A stretch of 63,709 nucleotides of DNA, counting the filler, from Octopus bimaculoides (Eukaryota), in assembly GCF_001194135.2 (NCBI RefSeq). It is 5 parts of 5 records of this genome, joined end to end, with 100 filler letters (N's around TTAATTAATTAA, not from the genome) between each part and the next. Parts side by side here need not be neighbours in the genome. Positions count along the whole stretch, not along the records: positions 1 to 16,950 come from NC_068983.1; positions 17,051 to 48,699 come from NC_068996.1; 3 more parts are not named here. One strand, given 5' to 3'. Made by a program: the position numbers and the translations under genes. Of this stretch, positions 12,630-24,719 are shown one piece after another. How positions within the stretch are numbered: position 1 is the first letter of the stretch; the number at the start of each line of letters is the position of its first letter. The notes beneath the pieces are model-generated. The model was not told where the DNA came from, made no database searches, and was given only the letters and a program-made list of their open reading frames with translations.

Positions 12630-12795
12630 CCTTTTGGGAATTCAAATTGTTAAAAAAACGTCACCTTGTTATCTATTTGTGTACACGCCCCCATCCCGCC
12701 ACCAAAAGTCCTTTCTTTTATCCTTTTTGATCGATTTCGAAAAAGAAAAATTCTACATTGTATTGTCCTCTTTATGATAAGCTCTGTGTGGCTAA

Positions 12796-12869
<74 letters not shown>

Positions 12870-12870
12870 T
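12275..12870. repeat. Exact tandem duplicate of a 167-bp unique segment (12335-12501 = 12629-12795) between (ATCT)n tracts, across a 10-N gap
   Basis: The two copies read identically by eye and the gap (12575-12584) lies between them. Probably an assembly artefact. Confidence 0.85.
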
Positions 12871-13099
12871 TGTCTGTCTGTCTATCTTATATAGTCACGT
12901 ACACTCATACATATACATATTTATACACTTGTATACTATTTTTCTCCATGTCAATTACTTTAGAGTATGCTTGTACGTGCGGGTATGTGTGTATGCGCGC
13001 GGATTGTGTGCGCGCGTGCATGTCCATGTGTGTGTGTATGTATATGCATGTGTGTGTGTTTGTGTGTGTGTGTGTATGTGCACGTTTGTGTGTGAGTGT

Positions 13100-13134
<35 letters not shown>

Positions 13135-13139
13135 TGAAC

Positions 13140-13172
<33 letters not shown>

Positions 13173-14049
13173 AGACATATATAAATAGAAATAATTACAG
13201 CGCAAATATAACGAGAGAACAAAGAAGTGCTCGACGTCTAATGAAAAAATTGAATTTTCAAAGCTGTAATATGATAAGATATAAATAATGTCTTAAACAA
13301 CTGGACACCTCAAAGTTCAAATTGTATATAACATGATATGTTTTCACGTATCGTTTTATTTAAACCACAGATAATTACACACACGAACAAACACAGACGT
13401 ATCCATGTACGCATTCATACACGCACATATGCATACACACACATATCGAATTCAATTTAAAGAATGCACTTTTCTTATTATGTCTGTGTTAAATTGCCGA
13501 CATTTGCTTCGAGGTGCGACAGAAAGTGTTATTCAGATGAGACCAACTTGAGGTGAAAACATGTTCATACTATTCAGCGCCCCTGAAAAAAAAAAAGAAA
13601 GAAAGAAAGAAAGAAGTGCAGTGCTCTTTTAATAGTGAAATCATTCTTAACTATTTGCAACTATCTTCTCCTTTTCATACAGAATCATGAATAATTGCTG
13701 TTATGGGACAAGAGTCCCTGAAAGAAGTTTCATAAGGAAAAAAAAATATCGTATTCGGCCTTCAGTAAAACTTCCGCTGACTTTGTTATTTAAATTCATG
13801 TCACCGGCTTCTGTAAGATCCTTTTAATTTTAATTATGAATAAGAATGATAATATCCAATGCATGAAGCAGAGAGAGAAATATATATAAGTTTAGAGAAG
13901 CCGTTGATATATATTTACCTTTTTATATCAATTATGCAAGCGGTATGCATTAAATATGTCCCCGAAGGAAATACCAATGTGCACAAATGTATAAATTCCC
14001 AATGAATGGAGAGGTTTTATGACATGTAGAGCACCGTTTGTTAATTGAC

Positions 14050-15960
14050 AGTTAAGGTCAATTAACAGACAGTGAGCAATCCTGCATAATAAGGACATTC
14101 CAAGAAACAGAGGACAAAATCAAGCACTCTCCTGATAGGGAAAAATCAGAAAGAGAAAACAGAGTTATAAAGGATACAAAACAGATCAGATAGAAAATTA
14201 GAACCATAGAGGATATATAAACAAACACCAAAATTAATTGTTTACAAATTTGCTCGAGAATCATTCATAGTACATCGCAAAATAGTGACATCCTTTGTTA
14301 AGATATAACTCGCTTACGAAAAAGAATAAGTGAAATACTTAATGAGTTACTCAGAAGTGTTTTCATTTCCCTACCGGAACGCATGCAGGTAAATAAGACA
14401 GAGAAGTTCTTTGGCACAACAACTCTATACAGCGAGCTGATAACCATCGAATATATCGATATAAAGGCGATATATGTAATATCAGTCAGAGAGGAAATGA
14501 ACTGAAACGCATCAAGCCCCGATGGATTTCTTTCAATCCTTCTAAAGACATGTAAACAAGCCATTCTAGATACTCTTTCAAACTTCCTGGCAAGTGGAAA
14601 ATCCCTAAAAAATGTTGAAGGAAGGTATAATATGCTCTATTTATAAAAATGGAAGCAGTGTTGTCGCTAAAAATTAGAGGCCTGTCTCTTTGATTTCAAG
14701 TATCGGTGAAATCTTGGGACGAATTATTTGACCAAAACTGATCAGATTCTTAGAAGAAAATTACTTGCTGACATTCGCCCTGGTAGAAGCTTCCCTGCAA
14801 CTCTGTGACTTGGTGCTGAAACAGTTGCTCAATCATTTGACAATCGAAGTTTTATAATATCACATTAGCGAAGACCTTCGATGAGTGGTGTGATGCTAAG
14901 CCAGAAAACGTAGGAGAGTGGCTGCTAGACATGTTAAGAGACAGAAACAGAGGGTGGAAGCCAATGATACTCTTTCAATGGAACACCTATTTTAAGTGAT
15001 ATATCACAGGGAACTGTCTTAGGATGGGGGCATTGCTGTTTGCAGTCGTTCACTCAGCTATGCCATCACTTATAGAAACACCCACTCTCACCAGATATGC
15101 GGCTGATACAAAAGTATTTGAAACAATAAGGAATCCCGGTGATACTGAAAATCTGCAGCAGGACCTCAATGAAATTTACAAGCCAGCTCAAGACAATAAC
15201 GTTTCCTTTGACGCTTGAAAATTCTGAGTTCTTTGCTATCAGGCTACCAACACTTCACAACCAAGATGCACGGTGTGCAAATACAGAGTCGCAATCTGTA
15301 CATGACCTGGGAATAGACTTGAGTAATGATGCATTTTTTCATCTACACTTTACCAAAACCGCAATTATATTCTATGGAAGAGCTGGATAGATTCTCAGAT
15401 CATTCAATGTAATAGAGCAGGAATCCTTTCCGCTTTGGAGGAGAGCATTTACCTTCAGTCGCCTGAACTAATGCTCACAACTATGGTCGCTAAATAATAT
15501 TTACCTAACAACAGACCTAGAAACATTCCAACAATACTTCAAGAAGATGCAACAGCTGAGGTGCTGGAAAAGACTGAAACAGTAAAACTCTACTTCAATG
15601 AGAGAAAATAGGAAATTAATGTATTAACCTATACATGGTAAACCTTGAAGGGCTCGCGCGAAACTTCGGTATTGATAACTATATCAATCACCGAACTGGC
15701 ATCCTTTGCATAGTCCTGAAGGTCTCGCACTTACTCATTGAAAACCAAGACTACATAGTGGAGCGCTCCAAAGTTCAAAGACCTACAACTTTTTATTATT
15801 TTACAAACACCTACCTACCCTTGAAAATTGATAAATCTAAATGGAATGGATGTAAATGTATTCAAGAAGTACTTGGATATTCTACTATTTGCAACTGCAG
15901 ACGAACCAGCATCACAACAAGAAATGCAACGGGAGCAGCAGTAGAAAACTCCCTTATTCT
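14050..15960 (+). mobile_element. Decayed CR1-like LINE (RT and C-terminal region)
   Basis: SSPDGFLSILLKTC, ISQGTVLG and TRYAADTKVFETIRNPGDTENLQQDLNEIY (ORF 15024-15218; YADD mutated to YAAD), with many stops and frameshifts. Confidence 0.8.
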
Positions 15961-16779
15961 ATTGATGAAGTAGTACCAATTGCATATATGGTGCTCTACT
16001 ATGGCCACTTCTCTCGGATTGAAACTAATAAAAGACTAAAGAAAAAAAATGACTTTATTTTTCATGCCTGAAGCAAGCACTTCGTATATATTTCATGACT
16101 GATTTATTCAATAGAATTACCAATAGACATGAAACAAAGTCATGGACAAATAGCGAAGAGAATATACCAATAGCATATAATCATCATCACCATCGTTTTC
16201 GTTGTCGTCGTCATCGTCATCGTCATCACTGTCGTCGTCTTCATTATCATCATCATCATGGTCATGTTTTCTCTGCTCTCAACAAGTTGAAAACAATGGA
16301 TCGCCATATCAGACTTTCTTGCACTGTCCTTAAACATTGTTCAATATTATGCCTGTCCAATTTTTTTTATATTATCCCTCCGCATTATTATTCATTTACC
16401 CATCGCTCTCTCTTTCTTCTTTCATTTCACCTTTTCTTCACAGCGTCTGTAACATATAACTTCTTGTTTTTTAATTAAGTGTCCAAAGTATCATAGTTCT
16501 TTTTTCTCTTTGATAGTGCCTAATAAAATTTCTTACTTTCCACTGTTGCTAGTACTTCATCGCTTTTATGTCTTGTCCATGAAACTCTCAAAAGTCTTCT
16601 GTGTGCCCACGTCTCAAAGATTTGCAATCTATTTGATAGTACTTATTCTAACCTAACTCTACAACTGCATATGTACATATATGAGAATATACGATTGTAT
16701 CTACACACACCACACATACACGCACACACACACGCACACAGCCACACATACGCGCACACACACAGACCTATACTCATAT

Positions 16780-16827
<48 letters not shown>

Positions 16828-16994
16828 ATACATATATATATATATGAAAATGAACATATACATATGTGCAATAGAAACAGATATATATGTAAATATTTGT
16901 GTGTATGTGTGTATGTATATATATATGTATATATATATATATATATATATNNNNNNNNNNNNNNNNNNNNNNNNNNNNNNNNNNNNNNNNNNNN

Positions 16995-17006
16995 TTAATT
17001 AATTAA
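16995..17006. other. Assembly join marker TTAATTAATTAA inside an N gap
   Basis: The same 12-mer sits inside N runs at 16995, 48744, 56093 and 62450. It has stops in all six frames. Confidence 0.9.
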
Positions 17007-17672
17007 NNNNNNNNNNNNNNNNNNNNNNNNNNNNNNNNNNNNNNNNNNNNACGCTTCTCAAAAATAACCTGCAGTTGTTTCCTTCAAAATTCCTACATGC
17101 TCGAAATGTACATACATCAAAGTATATTTGTAGAAAATTTCACGAAAAAATATTAATTTTCCTGGAAGTTAAGAAGAATTTAAGTGGACTCTGTTGGAAT
17201 TTCCGAAAATTGTCCCCCACCCCCATTCCAAAACACTTTCACCGGAAATTTTTGTATATTCGGATTCTACATAGTAAATACTATATGCATAGAAAATTTC
17301 ATTAAAAAATATTCATTTTTCTTAAAGTTATGACCTCCCAAAGTCTGGGGGGTAAAACCCTGTAGTTATGCCATTTTTTCCCTACAAATATCGAAAATAA
17401 ACTAGACTAGTACTCGCTAGATGCTATACGCATCCTCCGGTATGATATCGTCATCGAAGCTAGATCTTTCAAATATATGGTGTTCATAAACCACCTTGTT
17501 AACTACCAAAGTGAATCAGTTGCAACGTTTATAGGAGAGAATGATTAATAGCAAATATATGGTGAGTTGAAGTTGAGTAAATAACAGAGAAGTTGGTTTC
17601 GTTAACAGAAAAGAGATTCAGGAAGTTGACAGTAGTGGTGGGTGCAAAATCTAGGTTACTGGAAAGCACTAG

Positions 17673-17703
<31 letters not shown>

Positions 17704-18119
17704 TTAGATGATTATTACAATCATAAATTGTTAATTCTTTAAGAAATTAATAAAACGACAGAAAATCACTAAAAATGAAAATATTAAATTATATAAAATG
17801 AAAGAAAAATTAACGTTTGTAATGGAATTTTGCAATTCCAAATGGTTTCAAAGTGTTCCCATAGGGAACAGTTCTTCTGCTGGATGGCTTATAAGGAACG
17901 GGTAATCTAACTAGTTAAAATTCCAATTTTTTTAAATAGATTACTCCAAAAAGTGGTTATGATTTTCATAACTGGCATGAAAATCTATATCCATATAGAA
18001 ATTTCCAAAGAAGTCAGAAATGTGTCAAACTAAAATCATCCAGAACTGATTTAAGAGATAAAGGTATTTAGCTGCTCACTGGTAAAGGTGGTGATGTTGA
18101 TAGTCATCAACATAACAAC

Positions 18120-18620
18120 TATATCTTTGTTATAGGGATTATGAATTGGGAGAGTTTGGCCTTAACATGGCCAACAAGCAGGTTGATTCAGTTAGTCCCT
18201 AGAAAAGAGAAGCAATTAATTAAGAGTAAGGACAAGTTAAGTGATGTGGAGGAAAGCAAGAGAGCTAGATTCAACCATAGTAAGAAGGTCATGAAAGCAT
18301 TTTAAGACTAAGGGACCATCATAGTAGAGGATGACCATATAGAAGGGCAGAAAAAGGATTAGGAGTGAAGATGCAGTGCTGGTGGTTGGTGTCAAATGAT
18401 GGGGGAAGGGTTGCAACCAAGGATGGGGAGAGTTGGTTATGGGTGCTTAGAGAAAAATTTAATGAGGTATGTTGCAGACAGAGGGATGGGGTTAGTAAAT
18501 AAATTCAAGTTTTGAATTCTCCACAGGGAAGTATCTATTGAACTTAAACATCATCTGAGATTTGTGAATCAACTAGTGTTGTTGGGCATAGTTTGTTGAT
18601 TTTGGGAAAAAAAAGTACAT
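18120..18620 (-). mobile_element. Highly decayed L2/CR1/Jockey-type RT fragment
   Basis: The minus strand gives NPIPLSAT (like NPIHSYADD) downstream of a ccctgtggagaattc (PQGS-like) segment. Purine-rich on the plus strand, as at 32900-34170. Confidence 0.4.
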
Positions 18621-21462
18621 AGTGAGAGTCACATATGGAACTTATTTACTATTAAATTAATAACTTCATATCAGAAAATTATCAAAATAATACAGTTCAA
18701 AATAACTTTTATTTTTACAAAATATTTAAATACAGTTTGAAATTTATAGAAATAAAACCATTGAAGGTAAACGTTATGTACATTCAATTTTGATATCTTC
18801 TTTTTATCTGTGAAATAAAAAAAAACATTTCTGGCACATCTTTTTAAAAGAGATCTGCGTTATATATAATTTAGGTTTTCAAGTTGTTATATAGATATTA
18901 TGTTAAAATTATACTGAAACATATAAAATTGTTTATCAACTTAAACATGCATTATAATTGAAAAGAATATGAAAAAAATAGTAAAGTATTTATTAACTTG
19001 CAATATAGTGGTTTATCTCTTAGTTTAATAATAAACTTCTAAATATAAAATATAAGAATCAAACATTTCAGTAAGACAGTATTAAAATTTATTTACTAAA
19101 TAATTATTGTAAACAATAACTGTAAGATCATCAAAAAATTGAAAATAGTTTTTCTTCTGATACATAACAAAATAAACCTAATTCTTCGTAAGATCTATTT
19201 TGTCATTTAGGTGGTATTTTTATGTTGTTAGTAGTACTTTGTTACATACAAATAGTAGAGTTAGTACTACTTCCGCTTGAGTGTAGTAGCAGTTTTGTAA
19301 GAGCTAATGTAATTATGACATGCAGTTTATTTATCCTTATATATATAATATCACTACTAGTATCTTACACTGGAAGTAACAATATCAATATATCAATGAT
19401 ACTAATAAAATGTGAAGTGTAGAGGTATTTGATTTTGATAAAGCTGGGTTTTTTTTTTCTTTTTATATAAAGAATATACTTAATCAAGTTTATCCCAGTA
19501 CTCCTGGCAGAATAAAATGTTAATTTTATAAGAACTTTAAGACATTGATGTTGATATAATGATGTCAGACCTGTATAATTGAATCACATAATAGTGATAT
19601 CAACAATGTGGTTTTGGTTATGCTATATCTCGCATTTTCCCTTTGGTATTAAGAATATGAAACTTTAATAGTAGAATCATAACCAAAATATTGATTGAAT
19701 TGATTGGAACATATATAAGTAGATATAGAAATATTTGAAAAAAGCTGATTCAGTAAAAAATTTGACTTGAAGGTAGAAATTAAAGGCCACATTATTACAA
19801 ATTGAAAACTTTAAAATCCATATCCACAAAGAAAACAAGATTGTGGACAATATGTATAAAACTAAACATAGCAAGAGTAAATAGAATTTATAATACTTTT
19901 CTCTTACAATACACCTGTGATACATCTACACACACAATACAAAAAAAAGTTTGAGAGAATTTAGTTATTAATTACAAATTAGCCAGTTAAGGAACTATTG
20001 TTAAATGAGGATGAATGGTTAGAGGATTTAAGGTTTTGGTGTCAGTGAAAATAACTAAAGCTAGTAAGTTAATGAATTACTCCTTGTTTAATGAAGACTA
20101 CAAAATAAATGCTATAAAATGCTCAGGTGATTTCAGTTTAAAATTCTGTACTATCACACAAGAAAAGAAATAACAATATCAATTTGCTGATCCATGTAAG
20201 GATCAGCAAATTAAATTAGTTGAAAGATATGAATTCAATTACAGAGTATCAAAACTTTCCTAATAAAAGCACAATGCAGATGAATTGGTCACAATGTAAT
20301 ATGAGTTTGTCTAAAATACTTAAGCAGATCTCATATAGTGAAATATCAGAGATCTATGTGTATATGATAGGTCTTTATTTTATTTCAATGGCAAACTGAA
20401 GCACATGTAGATGAATGTTAAATCTTGGAATTCATGTCCACAAAAACAAATTTCCTGGACACAGACAATATAATTGTGAGTACAACACATACATATACTT
20501 TGGTTTTCTGTTAAAATCAAAGGCTTCTACATGATGTGTTAAGCCACAAAATAATCACAACAGTTCAAAATTTCATACCACCATAGAACATTAGTCAACA
20601 ATAGTCCATGAGTTGATAGCCATTTGAGCAACCATCATATTATAAGTGACAGGGAATATCTATATCTTTGCTCGACCTGATGGAAATAACAATCAAATTT
20701 CTCTCAAATTATACATTACCAATTTAAAAAAGTAAGGATATGTTGAATAAGATAATCCAAGATACACAATATCAAAAGAAACATGATATGGTCATGTCAG
20801 GAATGTCTTTGATTGGGGCTAACTTGAATCTAAACAACAACAACAATCATCAGTTAAGAGATGAAAGTGAACATCATTGTCCCTTATTTTATTAATATCC
20901 CGAAAACACTTAACCTGACTGAATTTCAACTTGCTAGCTCACTCCCATTCACATCATTTCATCTACCTTAAAAATAAAACCTGTAAACTTTGTGCCTTAA
21001 TTAAAAGTAGTCTATGAGAAGTGAATGTTTGGAGTGTAAAAAATATAATCGTGTTCAAACTTGCCAAATTTTAAGGTTAATAAACTCCTCTTCTGACAAA
21101 TTGTGGGTAACTACTATTCCAGTACTAATAATAAAAATTAGAAACAAAACAGTAAACAAACAACAATAAGCAACAAAACAAAAATTACACTATTTTCTAA
21201 ATCATACATATTAGGTATGTGGAAGAGAAGTAGCAATTAGAAATACCATTATGATCAAAATTAAATTGCAGTAAAACTTTTTGTTTTACTTCCGTTATTT
21301 TTGTAATATTAATTTTAATAAATTTGTTTTAAAAATAAGCTTTTAAAATTATACACATATATTTAACATGGTTTCTATTTTAGTCAATTTAAACATTCAT
21401 ATTAAAAAATAAAATTTTGAAATGAAACTTATCAAATATTTTACGTTATAGAACATGGCAGC

Positions 21463-21600
21463 TTAGTTTATTTCTTGAATAACTCTCACATGTTTTGCCA
21501 GTAATGCATATGTGTTACGAGCAGTTTTAATTTGTGACTCAGCAAAAGAAATGAAGCCTTCTTGTGAATCTGTCAATCTTTGTTTTGCGAAAGATTTCAG
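21463..21600 (-). CDS. SNX-BAR protein, last coding exon (LKSFAKQRLTDSQEGFISFAESQIKTARNTYALLAKHVRVIQEIN*)
   Basis: Acceptor tttttatttttttcag at 21602-21601, 46 codons to TAA (21465-21463). Aligns by eye to the SNX5/6 C-terminus (LINFKRKRVAAFRKNLIEMSELEIKHARNNVSLL). Confidence 0.9.
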   Translation of the reverse strand: MKSFAKQRLTDSQEGFISFAESQIKTARNTYALLAKHVRVIQEIN

Positions 21601-22299
21601 CTGAAAAAATAAAAAAAGGAAAAAATACTACAAAGAAAGATTACATATTTTGGTTCATCATTTGGAATTTATTGATAATAATTTCTAATGAAAACCCATT
21701 ACTTTAATAATTTAAAATTTGTCAACATTTAAAATCTCAAAAGAATGAAGACCCTCTGGTAGCTTACAGAACTACATGATTGAAAACAAGGACAAATTAA
21801 ATGAATGAAAGTAGTCTGTCTGTCTCTCAAATGTCAAAATAATATGTTGGAAAGGACCCACCTAATCCATGCAAGTCTAGAAAAGCAGGTGTGAAAAATG
21901 ATTACAATGAGCATGTAGGTTAAGTATGTATATATGTATGTAACATTACATTTAACAGATCCTTAAGAAACCATACAAATTCATATTCCTGTATCTTTTA
22001 GGTTGCTTTTGGTAGACAGTCTTTGTTTCTGTGATCCCTTTTTGCAGGATGAATTTTATGAGAACTCTCTTTCAGTATTATGTATTTAAAAGGTAATAAT
22101 AGAATATAACCAATATGTGATTATCCAACAAAAAAAATACAGATATTAAATCTCAAAAAGTTTGAAATAAGATAGATACAAAATAAGACCAAGCAAGACA
22201 TTTGGTAGCTTTGAATGAAATACTATGTCAATGAAAGTTTCATAGATTTCCATTGGTATTCTATTATCTATTTGCCTTAACTTTTATTATTAACAACTT

Positions 22300-22720
22300 C
22301 CATTCCTTAATAACTGAATTTTCTCTTAGCAAATTAAGTTTTCTTGTAAATAGCTAATGTACCTCATATTTATGTGAATCAGAAATTTTTCAAAAATATT
22401 GAGTCTGATTCAAGTTTCAATTTTTACTGAAGTTAAAAATTAGTCGTGAAACAGTTACTGATTGGTGCAAAATTCACAGGGACATTGACTGCAAATTGAT
22501 TGAGAATAATTGCATCAGAATTTGTTGAATGAGTACTAAAAGAAAGCATAATTTTTGAAATTGATGAGAACTTTTTATTTATTCATATGAGATTAGTAAC
22601 AGTGTTCCTCATCAGTGGGCATTTGGTAGAAAGTACATTCAGAAAGAAATTTTGCCTTTAAAGAAAGGGATGGTAAAAATTGAATTGGACCCTGAAGTAA
22701 TATTTTTGAAAAATTTGATA
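22300..22720 (+). mobile_element. Merlin/ISXO2-like (IS1016) transposase fragment
   Basis: SRETVTDWCKIHRDI...FEIDEN...(frameshift)...HQWAFG matches the Merlin pattern S..TV+DW..F.R+...VEIDES...WVFG. Confidence 0.55.
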
Positions 22721-23692
22721 TTCAGATTATAATACATTTTGCTTTAAAAAGAAAGGTGAGATGGTCATAAATGGAGTACTTTTAAACAAGTTTCCTTGAT
22801 CAGAACTGACTGTAAGCTAAACATAATCCCTGTATTGAGCTATTACAATGAATTACATGTGCAAAATTGAAAATTGAATCAACATGTCAAATATTTTTGT
22901 AAAGTGTTTGATTTTGACAGGTATTTCCAGAGTACTCTCATTCTAGGTTTTCATCTTATAATTTACTGGACTACCCATGACCTGATGGGTCACCAATAAT
23001 TCTAGGTACCGTGAAAGTCTGAGTTTCCCAGCAACAGTTTTGTTTTGTGTTTTTTTTTTCTTTTCCAGGTTATTTCGCATGCTTTCAACGAATGTGGCAT
23101 CAAAATCACAAATAAACAGCTCCTTTCCTCAGAAAAGGAAAGATTTGGCTGCTATTTCTTGCACGCCCTACTACCAAGTAACAGGTATTTTGGGTCCGTT
23201 ATAGCAGCCAAATCTTTGGGGGTGAGATACGTTGAATGCACTCAAAAGAAACCTATGGAAAAAAACTATTTCACACTGAGGTTACCAACGGGTCTTTTAT
23301 GAAATATTTACCGTATTTTTAAAGTCATTTCCACTTAAAAAATATTTCGCCCATCATAATGTGTCTAATAGGGTTAGAGTTTCTTCCCTTTCAGGATTAA
23401 GTTATTTTTGGAGTATTTTCCCATTGTGCACTGTTTTGGGTATTTATACCCCCAAAACCCCGAACATCTCAATAATTACTGATCTGATTTATGCAAAACT
23501 TGTTTTATTCCATTTGTATTCACATTTCAGGGGCACTTTATTTTCAAAGTATTTTTCAATTATGTGCCGGTTTGGCTGTGTAACATTGCAAGCAAGCAAG
23601 CATGATTGAAGTTCATTTTTAATGCAATATAGATAGACAGCTTTTCTCATGATGATATTTTAAGTATACTTTGTTTAAGAGATAGGAATTAT

Positions 23693-23842
23693 GTACATTA
23701 TTTACATTTGACGGATATTTGTCCTCATCTTGTTTGTTGTTAACATGTTTCGGATGATATACCCTCCAGCCTTCATCGCGTGTCTTGGGGAAATTTTGAA
23801 CCTGGGTTTTCATTCCTAGGGTATTTTTCGATATTATTATTA

Positions 23843-23876
<34 letters not shown>

Positions 23877-23880
23877 GACC
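23693..23880 (-). mobile_element. Penelope-type terminal repeat with degenerate hammerhead motif, plus (AAT)n
   Basis: Reverse complement of the 24720-24875 copy. The ribozyme core reads GCGATGA instead of CTGATGA. Confidence 0.8.
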
Positions 23881-23959
23881 GGGACCTTTGGAAATATGCA
23901 GTACGTGAAAAGGCCCAGCAAGGCAAGTGAGAGCATAATCTGTGATCTCTGCCATATCT

Positions 23960-24605
23960 TTACTTCATTGGACACTAAAAACCCTGCTTGCGAAGAACTG
24001 TTGAGGCAAGTGAATTTGGAATTTGGAATTTGGAATTTGAATCTGGAATCGAAATCGAATCTGACGACTGGCATCCATGCTAACCTCTCCTGCATTGGAC
24101 ACTAAACTCTGCTTGCGAAGACCTGTTGGGGCAAGGGAAATCGAAATTGAACCATACTCGATGACTGGTCACCACACCAGTGGAGCACTAACAGCACGGT
24201 CGAGCGTGTTCATTGCCAGAGCAGCTGTCTGGCTTCCATGCTAGTGGCACCATTAGAGCGTAATCATTACCAGCATTGCTTTCTAGCACTTGTGCTGGTG
24301 GCACGTTAGAAAATTATTCGAGCGAGGTCATTGCCAGTGTCGCTGGACTGGCTCCTGTGCAGGTGGCACGTTAAAAACACCTTTTGAGCATGGCCATTGC
24401 CAGTACTGTGTGACTCGCCCTCGTGCCGGTGGCACGTAAAAGCACCCACTACACTCTTGGAGTGGTTGGCGTTAGGAAGGACATCCAGCTGTAGAAACTC
24501 TGCCAATCAGATTGGAGCCTGGTGCAGCCTTCTTGCATGCCAGTCCTCAGTCAAATCGTCCAACCTATGCTAGCATGGAAAGCAAACATTAAACGATGAT
24601 GATGA
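23960..24605 (-). mobile_element. RTE-associated non-autonomous repeat (same family as 37720-38230)
   Basis: The minus strand starts catcatcatcgtttaatgtttgctttccatgctagcataggttggacgatttgactgaggactgg, nearly identical to plus-strand 37720 onwards. It has internal tandem sub-repeats. Confidence 0.75.
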
Positions 24606-24611
24606 TGATAA

Positions 24612-24703
24612 TGTCACTGCCTGGAATTGAACTCGGAATCTTGGGGTTAGTAGCCTGTGCTCTTAACCACTATGCCATATACCCATGGGCATATGGCATA
24701 GTG
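24612..24703 (-). mobile_element. tRNA(Ser)-like SINE head (minus) fused head-to-head to a truncated plus copy; 36-bp palindrome at 24668-24703
   Basis: Reverse complement gives TGGCATAGTGG (A box), GGCTACTAACC (anticodon-arm-like) and GAGTTCAATTCC (B box). The palindrome cactatgccatataccca|tgggcatatggcatagtg has 1 mismatch. Confidence 0.8.
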
Positions 24704-24719
24704 ACCTGAATACTACTAC

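Noticed and set aside
16995-17006. TTAATTAATTAA as a biological motif (homeodomain or PacI site)
   Set aside because: It occurs only inside N runs, four times, so it is an assembly linker.
19677-19925. 82-aa hydrophobic minus-strand ORF as a membrane-protein gene or exon
   Set aside because: The composition (F/Y/L/I) is what T-rich DNA yields. I found no partner exons or family motif, and it lies in the probable SNX 3' UTR.
22049-22093. Plus-strand AG...GT exon-like segment
   Set aside because: It is isolated and short, with no homology and no compatible neighbouring exons.
24612-24685. Functional tRNA-Ser gene
   Set aside because: It lacks a paired acceptor stem and long variable arm, and is embedded in a repeat unit; it is a SINE-type head.
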